A stretch of 64,000 nucleotides of DNA from Cetorhinus maximus (lineage: Eukaryota), in the NCBI RefSeq assembly GCF_964194155.1, contig NC_135882.1, positions 71,796,001 to 71,860,000 on the forward strand, read 5' to 3'. Positions 1 through 11,820 of the stretch are shown here, one piece after another (position 1 is the stretch's first letter; every line of letters begins with the position of its first letter). Below the pieces are notes generated by a model. That model searched no databases, was not told the DNA's origin, and worked only from the letters and a program-made list of their open reading frames with translations. The position numbers and the translations under genes are program-made.

Positions 1-357
1 TTGACGCAAGCAATATAGGCATTGGGGCTGTACTGTTACAAGAAGATGACACTGGAATTGAAAACTGATAGGGTTTTTTCACGGAAGCTGAATGTACAAC
101 AGAGAAGATATTCAACGATCGAAAAAGGGACTTTGAGTTTGGTGTTAGCAATGCAGCATTTTGAAATTTATGTTGCAAATAATGCATCAGGAACAATTGT
201 TTATACAGACCATAATCCTTTGAAGTTTTTGGACAAATTTCAAGACAAAAGTATCAGGCTTTTCAGATGGAGTCTATTATTACAACCATTTAATATATGG
301 ATTATACATATTGCTGGAAGAGAAAATATGCTCGCAGATGCATTATCAAGAGTTTGA
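1..357 (+). mobile_element. Ty3/Gypsy pol C-terminus (RNase H domain), frameshifted; pol ends at RNase H
   Basis: DASNIGIG at window start; FSRKLN..QRRYSTIEK..L, VYTDHNPL, RLFRWSLLLQ, GRENMLADALSRV* are Gypsy RNase H motifs; no integrase follows. Confidence 0.9.
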
Positions 358-575
358 AGCTTAAAGGAAATTTGTACATTTTTTAAAAAAGCATGGATGC
401 TGAACTGGAGGGATTTCTGTTGATACCAAGGATTTGTGTATATATATATTGTTATGTAAGGCATGCATCTGGTAATGTAATAGTGTAATAAGTATAGAAG
501 ATAGTGTGAGATGGGTTATTAAAGTGAAGCTGTCTTTTAGAATTATGATGGTTCATTTTTCAATAGGGAGGGGGA

Positions 576-1279
576 TGTCATGAAGCTACTAATGTATATA
601 ATATTATTGGAAAATATTTTTATTTTAAAATAGAGGTTTAGTCTGTGGGTGTGTCTTAATTGGATTAAAGCCAGCTAGTCTGGGTGCTTTGATGTGTACT
701 AGGTTTGAGATGTAAGAGAGGTAGAGTGTATTTGCATTTTTTGAATAGACCATTCAAGAAGTGGGGTGAAATATGGCACCTAGCTAGCAGAGACCAAGCA
801 ATATGTTTATATTACTAATAAAATTGGTACTATGAAAGGGGTTTTATGGTGATACAATGAGAATTTACATTCATTGAGCTGTGTTATGTATAACTTCAGC
901 AGCTTTGTGTGTGCAGAGCAGAGGCAATATAAGGTCAAAGTAGCTGTAAGCCTACAACTGTCTCCACAGGAACCAAAGTGAAAGGAACCTCATTTTTAAT
1001 TCATAAGGTAAAATTGCTTTGCCTGGTGTCTGGTTAAATCTATGGGTTGCTGTTGTCTTAATGGAGATTTGCAGCCATGTGTATATATTTAACATGTGTA
1101 AATTAATAAAATGTTTCCTTTAGTTTCATACAAAACCTCTCGAACCGGTGATCTGATTCTTGAATTTAGAGTTGCATCTCAAACATAGCCACTTAAAAAT
1201 ATAGGTTATGACAGTTGTTTAAAGTTTCCCTCTGGGATTTTTAAATAACTCAGCTTTACCGAAAGGCTGTCTTATAACA
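576..1279 (+). mobile_element. 3' LTR of the Gypsy element at window start
   Basis: Polypurine tract AGGGAGGGGGA (565-575) immediately before TGTCATGA; ends TTATAACA; contains AATAAA. Confidence 0.85.
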
Positions 1280-1740
1280 CTTCACTGAATCCAATTCCTC
1301 CAGCATCGCAACTATGATAATGCAAAATCAGTTCCTCAAGTCTGGACACTGCATCCCCATGCCAAATAGTGGACTTCCAAATCAGATCCTCTTTTCGCAA
1401 GTTCAGGATGGCACCCAATCTCACAGAGGACAGAGAAAACATTTTACGTACTCTCTAAAGGCCTCATTGAAAAATTGACAAATTGATGCTTGGGAGGAAC
1501 TTGCCACAAACCATGCCATGTGGCAGCTTCTCATCTGACAAGCCACAACATGGTCAGAAACTGACCTCATACATTCTGCTGTGGAGAAGCAACGAAGGTG
1601 GAAGGAGAAGGAACAGAACCTTCGCTCGAGAACCCCTTCCATTCCTCAGGACTACTCTTGTCCTCTCTGTCCAAAGACCTGTGGCTCCAGGATTGGCCTG
1701 CTGAGTCACCTGAGGACACAAATTTCATCCTCGTTTCAAG
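1280..1740 (+). mobile_element. RTE-clade LINE 3' fragment, degenerate
   Basis: Decayed GH...MP...LP.QILF.Q...G....GQRK.F..SLKASLK motif and C-terminal C2H2-like CPLCPKTCGSRIGLLSHLRT. Confidence 0.75.
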
Positions 1741-1756
1741 AAACTGACAACCATCA

Positions 1757-1957
1757 GACTATAAGACCATAAGACATAGGAGCAAAATTAGGCCATTTGG
1801 CCCATATAGTCCGCTCAGCCATTCAATGAGATTATGGTTGATCTGATAATCCTCTGCTCCACTTTCCTACCTTTTCCCCATAACCCTTGATTCCCTTACT
1901 GATTAAAAATCTGTCTGTCTCAGCCTTGAATATACTTAATGACTCAGTCTCTGCAGC
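1757..1957 (-). mobile_element. CR1 LINE 3' end fragment
   Basis: ATAAGACCATAAGACATAGGAGC tail and GGCCATT(C/T)GGCCC stem, matching the 3' ends of the CR1 copies at 11700-11820 and 48905-49100. Confidence 0.85.
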
Positions 1958-2135
1958 GATGACTTTTGGGATTGTTATTTATTACATTCAGCATATTACA
2001 GTAGCATTTAGGCCTGAATTTTCTTCTGCTATTCCTCAGCACAAACACAAAGGAAAATCAGTCAGCAATGCCTGCCTTTCCATCCCAATATTGATTTTCC
2101 TTCCCCCACTCATACTAGGACTAACTCCAACCAAC

Positions 2136-2245
2136 GATAAAAACAAATAACTGCGGATGCTGGAAATCCAGAACAAAAACAGAATTACCTGGAAAAACTC
2201 AGCAGGTCTGGCAGCATCGGCGGAGAAGAAAAGAGTTGACGTTTC
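2136..2245 (-). mobile_element. Penelope-like element terminal (pLTR) fragment, truncated at the hammerhead GAAAC
   Basis: Near-identical to the arm of 28124-28365; minus strand reads GAAACGTCAACT...GGATTTCCAGCATCCGCAG..TTTGTTTTTATC. Confidence 0.75.
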
Positions 2246-2461
2246 CCTGCCCACCATGTGCTAATGTTGGGGGAGATGGGTGTGCAGCAGGGCCCCAGGA
2301 CATGTCCCATTGAGCTCCTTTTTCACCCACCCCATCCAGACAGCCACCTCTTACCACTGTTCCCAAAGTTAGTTGTTGTGATATGCCAATGATAGCAGCC
2401 ACAATGTCCCTGAATGTTAAAATTGAAAGTAGAGGCTTCCTCTTAATTTTAAATTCTTTCA

Positions 2462-2595
2462 TAGAGTGTGGATGTTGCTAGCTAGGCCAGAATTTATTGC
2501 CCATCCCTAATTGCCCTTGAGAAGGTGGTGGCGAGCCGCTTTCTTGAACCGTTGTAGTCCATGTAATGTAAGTACACCCACAGTGCTGTTAGGAT
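2462..2595 (-). mobile_element. LINE 3' end fragment (CR1/L2 group, second tail type)
   Basis: GCTAGGCCAG.ATTTATTGCCCATCCCTAA..CCTTGAGAAGGTGGTGG shared with 27570-27880. Confidence 0.65.
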
Positions 2596-2827
2596 TTCAG
2601 CTTAACCAATTAATTGCTGAAGGACTCAGTTTTACCCATAGCTTCAGTGAAAGAGTTGGTGCCATCTTCAGAGCTTTGGGGCAGCTTTTACCCTGTCACT
2701 TTGGATGATGCTGGTGTGGTTCCATGGCAACAGTGCCTGGAACTTCCAGGAGACACTACTGGGCTCTCACTTGTTGGAAGGTATCCATCTGGGAGCCCAG
2801 CATGGATAGATAATGATCTCAACCTTG

Positions 2828-3176
2828 TGTCATGAAAAGCCGATTACCGCCACAAATTACTTAACAGGCATATTGAACTTTTTAAGGAAGACTTGTGTGT
2901 TTTTAAAGAAATACAAGCAAGGACACTGAGCAGAAGCTGGCTAATAATGTAAAGTGATCATTTTCTGGAAAACTCCTATGTGGATTATTCTGACAGGCCT
3001 GTTCTGCGAGCACATGGAATGTCTCACCAGGAAAGGTGACATGGTCTTCTTCAAGCAGAAACACTTGAAAGGGAGACAGGAAAAGGCAAAAGACTGAATA
3101 TCACATTTCAGCAGTCATCTAAAATTCTTCTCCTGTTGATTTATATCTCGGAATATGTAAAGTGTTTGGAGATGAA
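2828..3176 (+). mobile_element. 5' LTR (type A), first ~350 bp, of a Gmr1-like Gypsy element
   Basis: Starts TGTCATGAAAAGCCGATTAC; colinear with 13585-13933 (TGTCAAGAAAAGCCGATTAC...GGAGATGAA). Confidence 0.85.
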
Positions 3177-3190
3177 TCTCTCTCTCTCTC

Positions 3191-4147
3191 AAATTATGAC
3201 AGTTCATTTCCTAAAAAAAGAGGGAGGTGTAAGGAAAACAAGAAATTGCAACATTTTTCTTCTGGCAATAAACCTGGCATATTTTCTTATGTACTGGAAG
3301 TCAAGCTGTAATTGGATTAAGAGCTAGAGTGACAGAAAGAGTCTAAAGTCAACAGTAAGAAGTTGTTTTGTTATGTTAATGAACCAAGAGGAACTTCAAT
3401 CAGAGTTTTACATAAAGCAATAACAGAAATAGCTTGAATTGAGTTGTTTTAGTCCAAAGGGGGGATGTATGCAGGTTGTAAAAAGGTGTTGGGAAGTGAG
3501 GTAAACATACAGTAAGTTTGTTTTTACAAGTCTAATAGCTAAAGTAAAGAATGATTTAAGCAATTCTGAGAAGAAAGCATTTCTGAAGGGACAGGCTGAA
3601 ACAATTGAGAGATCAAAGGGAAGGTACGCATTTGAGGAAATACAGAAGCCTATGTGAGGGGCTAACTGATTAGATCTCCCAGAAGGCAGCAGGATAGCTT
3701 GGCAGAACTCCAAGAAGACAGTGTGAACAAGGTCAGACTGGGAGAACCAGTTGCTGTCAGCCTCAGAGGACACTCCAAGGAAAAAAAGCACAGTGCGATA
3801 AAAATTACTAGAAAACTATAGATTTTAAAATCTATAAGGATAGTTGCTGGACAGAAAAGGGGAGGGTTAGCTCTAAGGGTAGTTAAGTTAAGATCTTGTG
3901 GAACTGTTTTAAAATACTGTTTTCTGGGTGAAACCATTCTAGTATTTAAGTGTAATTGTGTTTTTTTCTTTATTTTTTTAATAAACATTTACTCTACTAT
4001 AAAATCATCACAAGTAGTCGGGGACATAATTTCCTGATTTCAGAACTTCTCATTCTATGCAAATTGCACAAACCATTTTGGCAGCAGTTTCAAGTTTCCC
4101 TCTGGGATTTGAGCAGCTCAGCATTTACCATCCTCCATGCCATAACA
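3191..4147 (+). mobile_element. PPT plus LTR (type B, 3228-4147) of a different Gypsy element
   Basis: AATTATGAcaGTTCATTTc..AGAGGGAGG|TGTAAGG parallels 541-580; TAATTGGATTAA and 3' AAGTTTCCCTCTGGGATTT..ATAACA shared with LTR 576-1279. Confidence 0.7.
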
Positions 4148-6965
4148 GGGGTACTTAGGCTTAGAATTTCGCCCAAAAGCCAGAAAACCCAAAATTTTAA
4201 ACGGGGTGGCCAACAGTTTACAAGTGGAAATTGAGGATAATGAAATGGATAGAGTAGCAATAGAGAGATTAAAATTGGAGCAGTGAAAATTAGAATTTCA
4301 GGAAAGAGAAAAGGAAAGCGGGACAGAGAAAGAGGAAAATGACAAGGAAAAGGAGAAAGAGGAAAGGCAGGAAACGGCACAGAGAAGAGAGAGAATTTCA
4401 GGTCTAGAGAAGGAAAGGGAGTTTAAACTAAAACAGTTCGAGCTGAGGGGCAGGAATCCTACTGTGTACCTTGAAGACACCACAAGCTCAGACTTAAGGG
4501 CTGAGGCAACCCGGTTTGCTCATTTAATCCCTAAGTTTGATGAAGCAGAGGTGGAAACCTTCTTTATCTCCTTCGAGCAGTTAGCACGGCTATTAAAGTG
4601 GCCAGTCCAACGTTGGTCCCTACTTCTGCAAAGCAGGCTTTCAGGAAAAGCTCATGAGGTTTACTCCCTTGCCTGAGGAAGGTGCGGCTGACTATGAGGC
4701 AGCAAAAAGGGTTAATTTAATATGCACAAATTTATTGTAACACCCAATCCAAGTATTTATGTGGCTCGTCCATGTTGTGACTTAACTCCAGGAGTGACCA
4801 CAACCAAGGGAAGTGACTCAGGTGAAAGCGGAGCTCAGGAATAACTGACCATGACCCTCGATGTCTACCAAGCATGAATGTTCATCACATAGGTGCTGAT
4901 GATGACTATGTAGCCAATCACATAGTTAGTGGTCCGAAGTCCTACCCTGAATTACATCATATGATCATGATGCCATCTTTATTAATTAATTACATTAACA
5001 TAGGAAAAGTCACTTTAGTTGACTTATGTTTATAATTAATATCATGCACCCACCACCCAAAATAATGACAAAGGTAACTGCCAAAATCATTATGCTAGAC
5101 TAACATGATCACCGCACATATATAAACAAATTATCCACCCTACCCGCCCACCAGGGATTAGGAGCTGGACTTCTCACTCTGGAGATATATAATACTCTTC
5201 TCGTAGCACCTTCCCGTCCTTCATCTTGGGTCTTGCGATATCAAACCAGAGCATACCGAGGTGTACCATCAGCAATTCCGTACCTCCAGGAAATGACCTG
5301 ACTAGACATACCTGGAATTTGAAAGGCTTAAGCAACTTGTTTTTGACCAGTGGGTACAGGCACTTAAAACAAAAGCCACTTATGAAAATCTCTATGAAAT
5401 AATCCTCCTTAAGGAGTTTAAAAACTCCATATTCTTCCCAATAAGAACACACCTAAAGGAGCAGAGGGTACCAGGGGCCAGGGAGGCAGCCAAAATAGCT
5501 GATGATTATGAGCCGATCCACAAACCCTGTCCCAGAAGAGGCCCTCCCCAAGTCAACCCCAACCAAATGGAAAGCTTAGAGTCGGAAAGAGTGATAGAAA
5601 ACTAAGTACCCATGGGCGAGAAGGAGATGCTGGGGGGCCCTCTTCAGGTCGGAAAGGTTGATGCTGAGCGAAAAAGTGAGGTCAAGAAGCCTGTGTGTTT
5701 TAACTGCCTAAAGTTAGGGCACCTCTGGGCCAGCTGCTGGAGGTTATGGGAAAAACCAGTGGGATTAATCGGGGCAGAGAATGAAAGTCAGTCAGAGAGC
5801 ATAGCAGACCAGGCTATGGCTCTGACTGCGGCTGCAGATCCCCGTAGGTGCACTCCTGAGAGTGCAGATGAGGCTAAACACATCCCTGAGAGTTACAAGG
5901 ATTTTGTATTTGAAGGAAGGGTGGCCGCATATCCCCAGGATGAGGCGAATAAGCCTGTAGTGATACTGAGGGATACAGGGGCCAGTCAAACTCTACTGTT
6001 GGGAAAAGGCATGACCTTTCCACCAGAGAGTGCACTAAGTGCCAACATGTTGGTAAAGGGGATTGAAGGAGGGTACATGCCCATCCCCTTGTACCGGGTG
6101 CATCTGGAGTGAGACCTTTCGTCAGGACCAGTGACCATGGGAGTCATTCCCAGTTTGCCTGTGGTTGGGGCCAACCTGCTTCTCAGAAATGACCTGTCGG
6201 GATCAAAGGCCATAGCATCCCCAGTGGTCTCTGAGGTCAAGGAGACAGAACAGCTGCAGGGGAAAGTGTCTGACATTTTCCCTGACTGCGTGGTAACATG
6301 GTCTATGGCCAGACAAGCTCTGTCAGTGGAGGCTGAAGTGGCACCACAGAGAGAAGACCCTACAGTCTGGTTATCTGAAACCTTTTTTGGGAGTCTAGAA
6401 GACCCTAAGGAGGTAATAAGTAGATCTTCCTTGGTAGCGGCTCAAGCAAGCTGACTCACTGTTAAAAACATTAACTCAGACTTTCCACACTGAAGCTAAG
6501 GCAGAAGCAGTCCCTGAATGCTATTACATTAAAAATTAGGTGCTAATGAGGAAATGGAGACACCCCTCACAGACCTCCAAATGAGCAGTGGACAGTGATT
6601 CATCAGGTAGTGGTGCCGCCAAGGTACCATAAGGAAATATTACAGCTAGCTCAAGAAATTATATGGCTGGACATGTTAGTATACACAAAACCCAAGACAG
6701 CATTTTTACTGGCCATACCTCTATGGGGATGTAGTTAAGGTTTTGCAGAACCTGCCACACCTGCCAGGTTGTGGGAAAACCCCTAGCCTGCAATAAAACT
6801 TGCACCCATGATTCCTGTGCCGGCTTTGGGGAATCATTCAGCAAGGTGTTAGTGTATTGTATAGGCCCCCTGCCCAAAAGGGGGCTACCGGTATATCCTT
6901 ACCATCATGGATGTGGCTACCTGCTTCCCAGAGGCTATTCCCCTGAGAACCATATCTTCTATGAT
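4148..6965 (+). mobile_element. Gmr1-like Gypsy gag, protease and integrase N-terminus (pseudogenised)
   Basis: Gag IPKFDEAEVETFFISFE..W...LLQSRLSGKA; zinc knuckle CFNCLKLGHLWASC; protease LRDTGASQTL; integrase HHCC remnant (AGH...CRTCHTCQVVGK). Confidence 0.9.
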
Positions 6966-8705
6966 TAACAGTGAGAGAGCAAGAGGAGCAGTGTGGCCAT
7001 TAACAGTGAGAGAGTGAGAGGAGCAACGAGGCCTTTAAAAGTGAGAGAGCGAGAGGACATACGAACATACAAAATAGGAGCAGAAGGAGGCCATTCGGCC
7101 CCTCGAACCTGCTCTGCCATTCAATAAGATCATGGCTGATCTGTTTGTGCTTTGAATTCTACATTCTTATCTACCGCCAATAACCTTTGATTCCCCTGCC
7201 TAATAAGAATCTATCTCCCTCCACCTTAAAAATATTCAATGACCCCACCTCCTCTGCCTTCAAAGGCAGATCCGCAAAACCCTCAGAGAAAAAAATTCTC
7301 CTCATCTCTGTCCTAAAAGGGCAACCCCTAATTTTAAAACTGTAGCCCTTAGTTCTGGACTCACCAACAAAAGGAAACATCCTTTCCACATGCACCTTGT
7401 CAATACCATTCAGGATCCTATATACTTCAATCAAGTCACCCCTCACTCTTCTAAGCTCCAGTGGAAACAAGCTCAGCCTGTCCAACCTATCCTCATGAGA
7501 CAACTTGCTCATTTCAGGTATCAATCGAGTATACCTCCTCTTAACCGCCTCCAACCAATTTACATCCTTCTTTAAATAAGGAGACCAAAACTGCACACAA
7601 TATTCAGATGTGGTTCCACCAATGCACTGTATAACTCAAGCATAACATCCTTATTTTTATGTTTAATTCCTCTTGTAATAAAGGATAGCATTCCATTAGC
7701 TTAATCGTCCTTCTTGATTACTTGCTATACCTGCATGCTAAGATTTTGTGACTCACGCATGAGAACAACTAGATCTCTCTACAGCTCGGAATCCTGCAGC
7801 CATTAAAGAAATACTTTTTAAAATTCTTCCTATCAAAATGAACAACTTCACACTTTGCTACATGATACACCACCTGCCAGATTTTTGCCCACTCACTCAA
7901 ACTATCTATATCCATCTGCAACCTCTTTATGTCCTTTTCACAACATAGTTTCCTACCTATCTTTGTGTCATCTGCAAATGCCTTAGCTACCATGCCTTCA
8001 CTCCCCTCATCCAAGTCATTGATGTAAATTGCAAAAAGTTGAGGCCCCAGCACAAATCCCTGTGGGACTCCATTTGTCACATCCTGTCAATCAGAAAAAG
8101 ACCCATTTATGCATACTCTCTGTTTTCTGCCAGCCAGCCAATCTTCTATTCAGGTTAATATGTTACCCCCTACACTATTCGCTTTTATTTTCCGCAATAA
8201 CCTTTGATGTAGCACCTTATCAAATGCCTTCTGGAAAATCCAAGTACAGCACGCCTACAGGCTCCCCTTTATCCATGGAGCATGTTACCCCTTCAAAGAA
8301 CTCCAATAAATTGGTTAAATATGATTTCCCTTGCACAAAACCATGCTGACTCTTCCCGATTAATTTGAGTTTCTCTAAGTGCCGGGCTATAACCTCCTTA
8401 ATGATCAATTTTAAAACCTTCCCCACAACAGAGAAGCAGGGCCATTAACATTGAGAGAGTGCAAGAGGAGCAGTAGGGCCAATAACAGTGAGAGGGTGAG
8501 AGGAGCAGTGGGACCTTTAACAGTGAGAGAATGAGAGGAGCAGCAGGGCCATTAACAGTGAGGGAGTGTGAGAAGCAGCATAGCCATTAACAGTGAGAGA
8601 GTGCGAGAAAAGTGAGAGACCATTAAAGAGCATGGAGAGAGAGGTGAGAGACCATTAAAGAGTGCGAAGACAGAGGCGAGAGACCATTAAAGAGCGCAGA
8701 GAGCA
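6964..8705 (+). repeat. Purine-rich tandem array (~33-bp then ~28-bp units) at the CR1 5' end, split by a nested CR1
   Basis: Units GCCATTAACAGTGAGAGAGTGAGAGGAGCAG... at 6964-7057 and 8431-8615, then GACCATTAAAGAG.. units to 8705. Confidence 0.85.
7058..8430 (-). mobile_element. 5'-truncated CR1 LINE (RT and 3' UTR) nested in the tandem array
   Basis: ORFs 8220-8426, 7769-8080 (GVPQGFVLGP, FADDTK) and 7171-7596; tail CATACGAACATAC. Confidence 0.92.
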
Positions 8706-10180
8706 GCCAATTGGTGAGTAGGATTGGTGAGTATTTCTGGTCTTTAAAGTCAAAGTAAGGTCTTTAGTTTGTGTTTGGGTTTTTAGCCTTTTTTTTCTTT
8801 TCTCTTTTTTCTTAAAAATAGCTTGTTAAGTATAAGATTGATACTGGGGTATAAAAAAATTGCAAATATAGTGTGAAGAGAGGGGGATTCTTCAAGTGTA
8901 AAGAGCAGGGATACTAGAGTAAGTAATTAAGTAATTAAATAAAATACGATAGCGATGGCAGGAAGGGTAATGTGTTGCTGCTGCAGCATGTGGGGTCTGT
9001 TGGAAACCAAGTTGATCCAGAACGAACACATCTGTAGTAAGTGTTTGCAGCTTGAGGAACTTTGGATCCCAGTTGAGGAGCTGGAGTCTGAGCTGCAGAC
9101 ATTGTGTCACATCAGGGAGGGGGAAAGTTACCTTGTCACTTTGCTCCAGGAGGTGGTCACACCCCTCAGATTAGGTCATTCAAATTTGGCCTGTGATCAG
9201 GGACAGGAGGGTGTGACTGCAGGTGAGGCAGGTATGGGAACCCAGTGAGGTAGTGTTCAAGGGGACTCAGCCTGTGAAACTGTCCAACAGTTACAACGTT
9301 CTTGCAAGCTGTGTGGACGAGAGCAGGGATTGCAGGGAGGATGAGTGAACTGACCACGGCACCGTGGTACAGGGAGCCATTCAAGTGGAGGGAGGAAATA
9401 GGAACGTAGTAGTGGTAGAGGACAGTATAATTAGGGGTATAGATATTGTTCTCTACAGCCTTGAGCATGTGTCCCGAAGGCTATGATACAGGATGAGGTT
9501 GGAAAAATAATAATGGGGAACCAGGAAATGGCAGAGGAGTTGAATAAGTAGTTTCCATCAGTGTTCATGGCATTCCAAAATTACTAAATAATCAAGGGAC
9601 AAAAGTGGCAGGGGAAATAAATGCAATAACTATCACTAGAGAAAAAGTACTAGGGAAACTAATGGGGCTAAAGGCCGATAAGTCACCTGGACTTGATGCG
9701 TTGCATCCTAGGATATTAAAGGAAGTAGTTACACAAATAGTGGATGCACTGGTAGTAATCTTCCACGAATCTTTAGATTCTGGAAAAGTCTCAAAAGACT
9801 GGAAAACTGCCAATGTAACACTTTTATTCAAAAAGGGAGGGAGACAAAAAACAGGTAACTATAGGCCAGTTAGCTTAACATCCATCATCGGGAAAATGTT
9901 AGAGTCTATTATAAAGGATGTAATAGCAGAGCATGTAGAAATAATAATACAATCAAGCAGAGTCACCATGGCTTCATGAAGGGGAAATCATGCTTGACAA
10001 ATTTATTGGAATTCTTTGAGGAGGTAACAATCGGGATAGATAAAGGGGAACCAGTAGATGTAATATATTTGGATTTCCAAAAGGCACTCGATAAGGTACT
10101 GCACATAAGATAAGAGCCCATGGTGCTGGGGGTAGCATTTTAGCATGAATAGTGAATTGGCTAACTAATAGAAGACAGAA

Positions 10181-10746
10181 GGGAGAATTTTCTCCCCATC
10201 ATGCGGGCTGGGCGAGAGCAGGCGCGGACAAGCGCGCAGCCAATCACTGCCCGTGATCAGCTGCACATTGCCATTTTACATTGGCGAGCCAATTAAGGCC
10301 CACCCAGCGTGACTCACACCCGGAAGTGCTCAGTGCTCCCTGTGCGGGCGGGGTGAGGAGGGAGAGTCGGGGCCTGTCACATGAGCTGGGACGTGCCTAT
10401 GAATTTTATTTAAAAATTTTATTAAAGTTATAAAACCTTCATGAAACCTCATCCCGCCGGTGGATGAGGTTCCATGAAAAATGCAAAGGCCACCTGGGCT
10501 CTTCGCCTGCCTGCTAACATTAAGGTTGGATAAGCAGCCCTGAGAATCAGCTTAATTAGTTAATTAATGGCCTTAATAGGTCTTTAACAGTTCAGCAGGC
10601 GCATAGCCGACTCCGCTGTGCGCCTGCCGAACTGAGGATCGGAATGATGCGCGGTGACATCGGGGCGCACGCCTGAAGTCACTGCGTGTCATTTTAGGCG
10701 TCGGTGTGCAGCGCCCACCCCTACGCGCTGACCAGAAGATTCAGGC
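10181..10746. mobile_element. GC-rich MITE-like non-autonomous DNA element (PIF/Harbinger-like termini)
   Basis: Interrupts CR1 RT between AGAAGACAG and AGAGTTGGG; termini GGGAGAATTTTCT / AGAAGATTCAGGC; internal TTAATT/GGCC palindromic motifs like 53187-53928. Confidence 0.6.
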
Positions 10747-11820
10747 TAGAGAGTTGGGATAAGGGGGGCATTTTCAGGATGGCAACCTGTAACTAGTGGA
10801 GTGCCACAAGGATCAGTGCTGGGGCCACAATTATTTACAATATATATTAATGACTTAGATGAGGGAAGTGTAAGTACTATCGACAAGTTTGCAGATCACA
10901 CAAAAATAGGTGGGAAGGCAAATGGTGAGGATGACACAAAGAGACTACAGAAGGATATAGACAGGTTAAGTGAATGGGCAAAAGCTTGGCAGATGGAATA
11001 TAATGTGGGAAAATGTGAGGTTATGCACTTTGGCAGGAAGAATAGAGGAACTGAATATTATTTAAATGGAGAAAGACTGCAGAAAGCTACAGCACAGTGG
11101 GATTTGAGAGTCCTCGTGCTTGAATCCCAAAAAGCTAACATGCAAGTTCAGCAGGTAATAGGTTAGGCAAATGGAACGTTGGCCTTTATTTCAAAGGGAA
11201 TGGAATATAAAAATAGGGAAGTCTTGCTAAAACTATACAAGGCACTAATTAGACCACACCCAGAATATTGTGAACAGTTTTGGGTCCCCTTATCTAAGGA
11301 AAAATATACTGGCATTGGAGGCAGTCCAGAGAAGGTTCATTAGGTTGATCCTGGGTATGGAGGGACTTTCTTATGAGGAGAGGTTGAGTAGGTTGGGCCT
11401 GTACTCATTGGAGTTTAGAAGAATGAGAGACGACTTTATTGAAATGTATACGATTCTTAGGGGGCTTGCCAGAGTAGGTGCTGAGAGGTTGTTTCCCCTT
11501 GTAGGAGAGTCTAGGACCAGAGGGCATAATCTCAGAGTAAGGGATCACCCATATAAAACAGAGATGAGGAGGAATTTCTTCTGTCAGAGGGTAGTGAATC
11601 TGTGGGATTCTTTACCGCAGAGGGCTGTAGAGGCTGGGTCGTTAAGTATATTTAAGGCTGACATGGACAGGTTTTCAATCAGTAAGGGAATCAAGGGTTA
11701 TGGGGAAAAGGCAGGAAAGTGGAGTTGAGGATTATCAGATCAGCCATGATGTCATTGAATGGCAGAGCAGATGTGGTGGGCCAAATGGCCTTCTTCTGCT
11801 CCTACGTCTTATGGTCTTAT

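Larger units (their letters stand above)
6966..11820 (+). mobile_element. CR1 LINE with 5' end, internally deleted, inserted in the Gypsy integrase
   Basis: 5' tandem array; ORF1 8955-9480 (MAGRVMCCCCSMW..HICSKC); jump to ORF2 RT near 9490 (KSPGLDALHPRILKE, PQGSVLGP, KFADHTK); tail CTTATGGTCTTAT; TAACAGTG at both junctions. Confidence 0.9.

Noticed and set aside
6964-8705. Possible CRISPR-like array
   Set aside because: Units are contiguous degenerate tandem repeats with no unique spacers, no cas genes are present, and the context is vertebrate.
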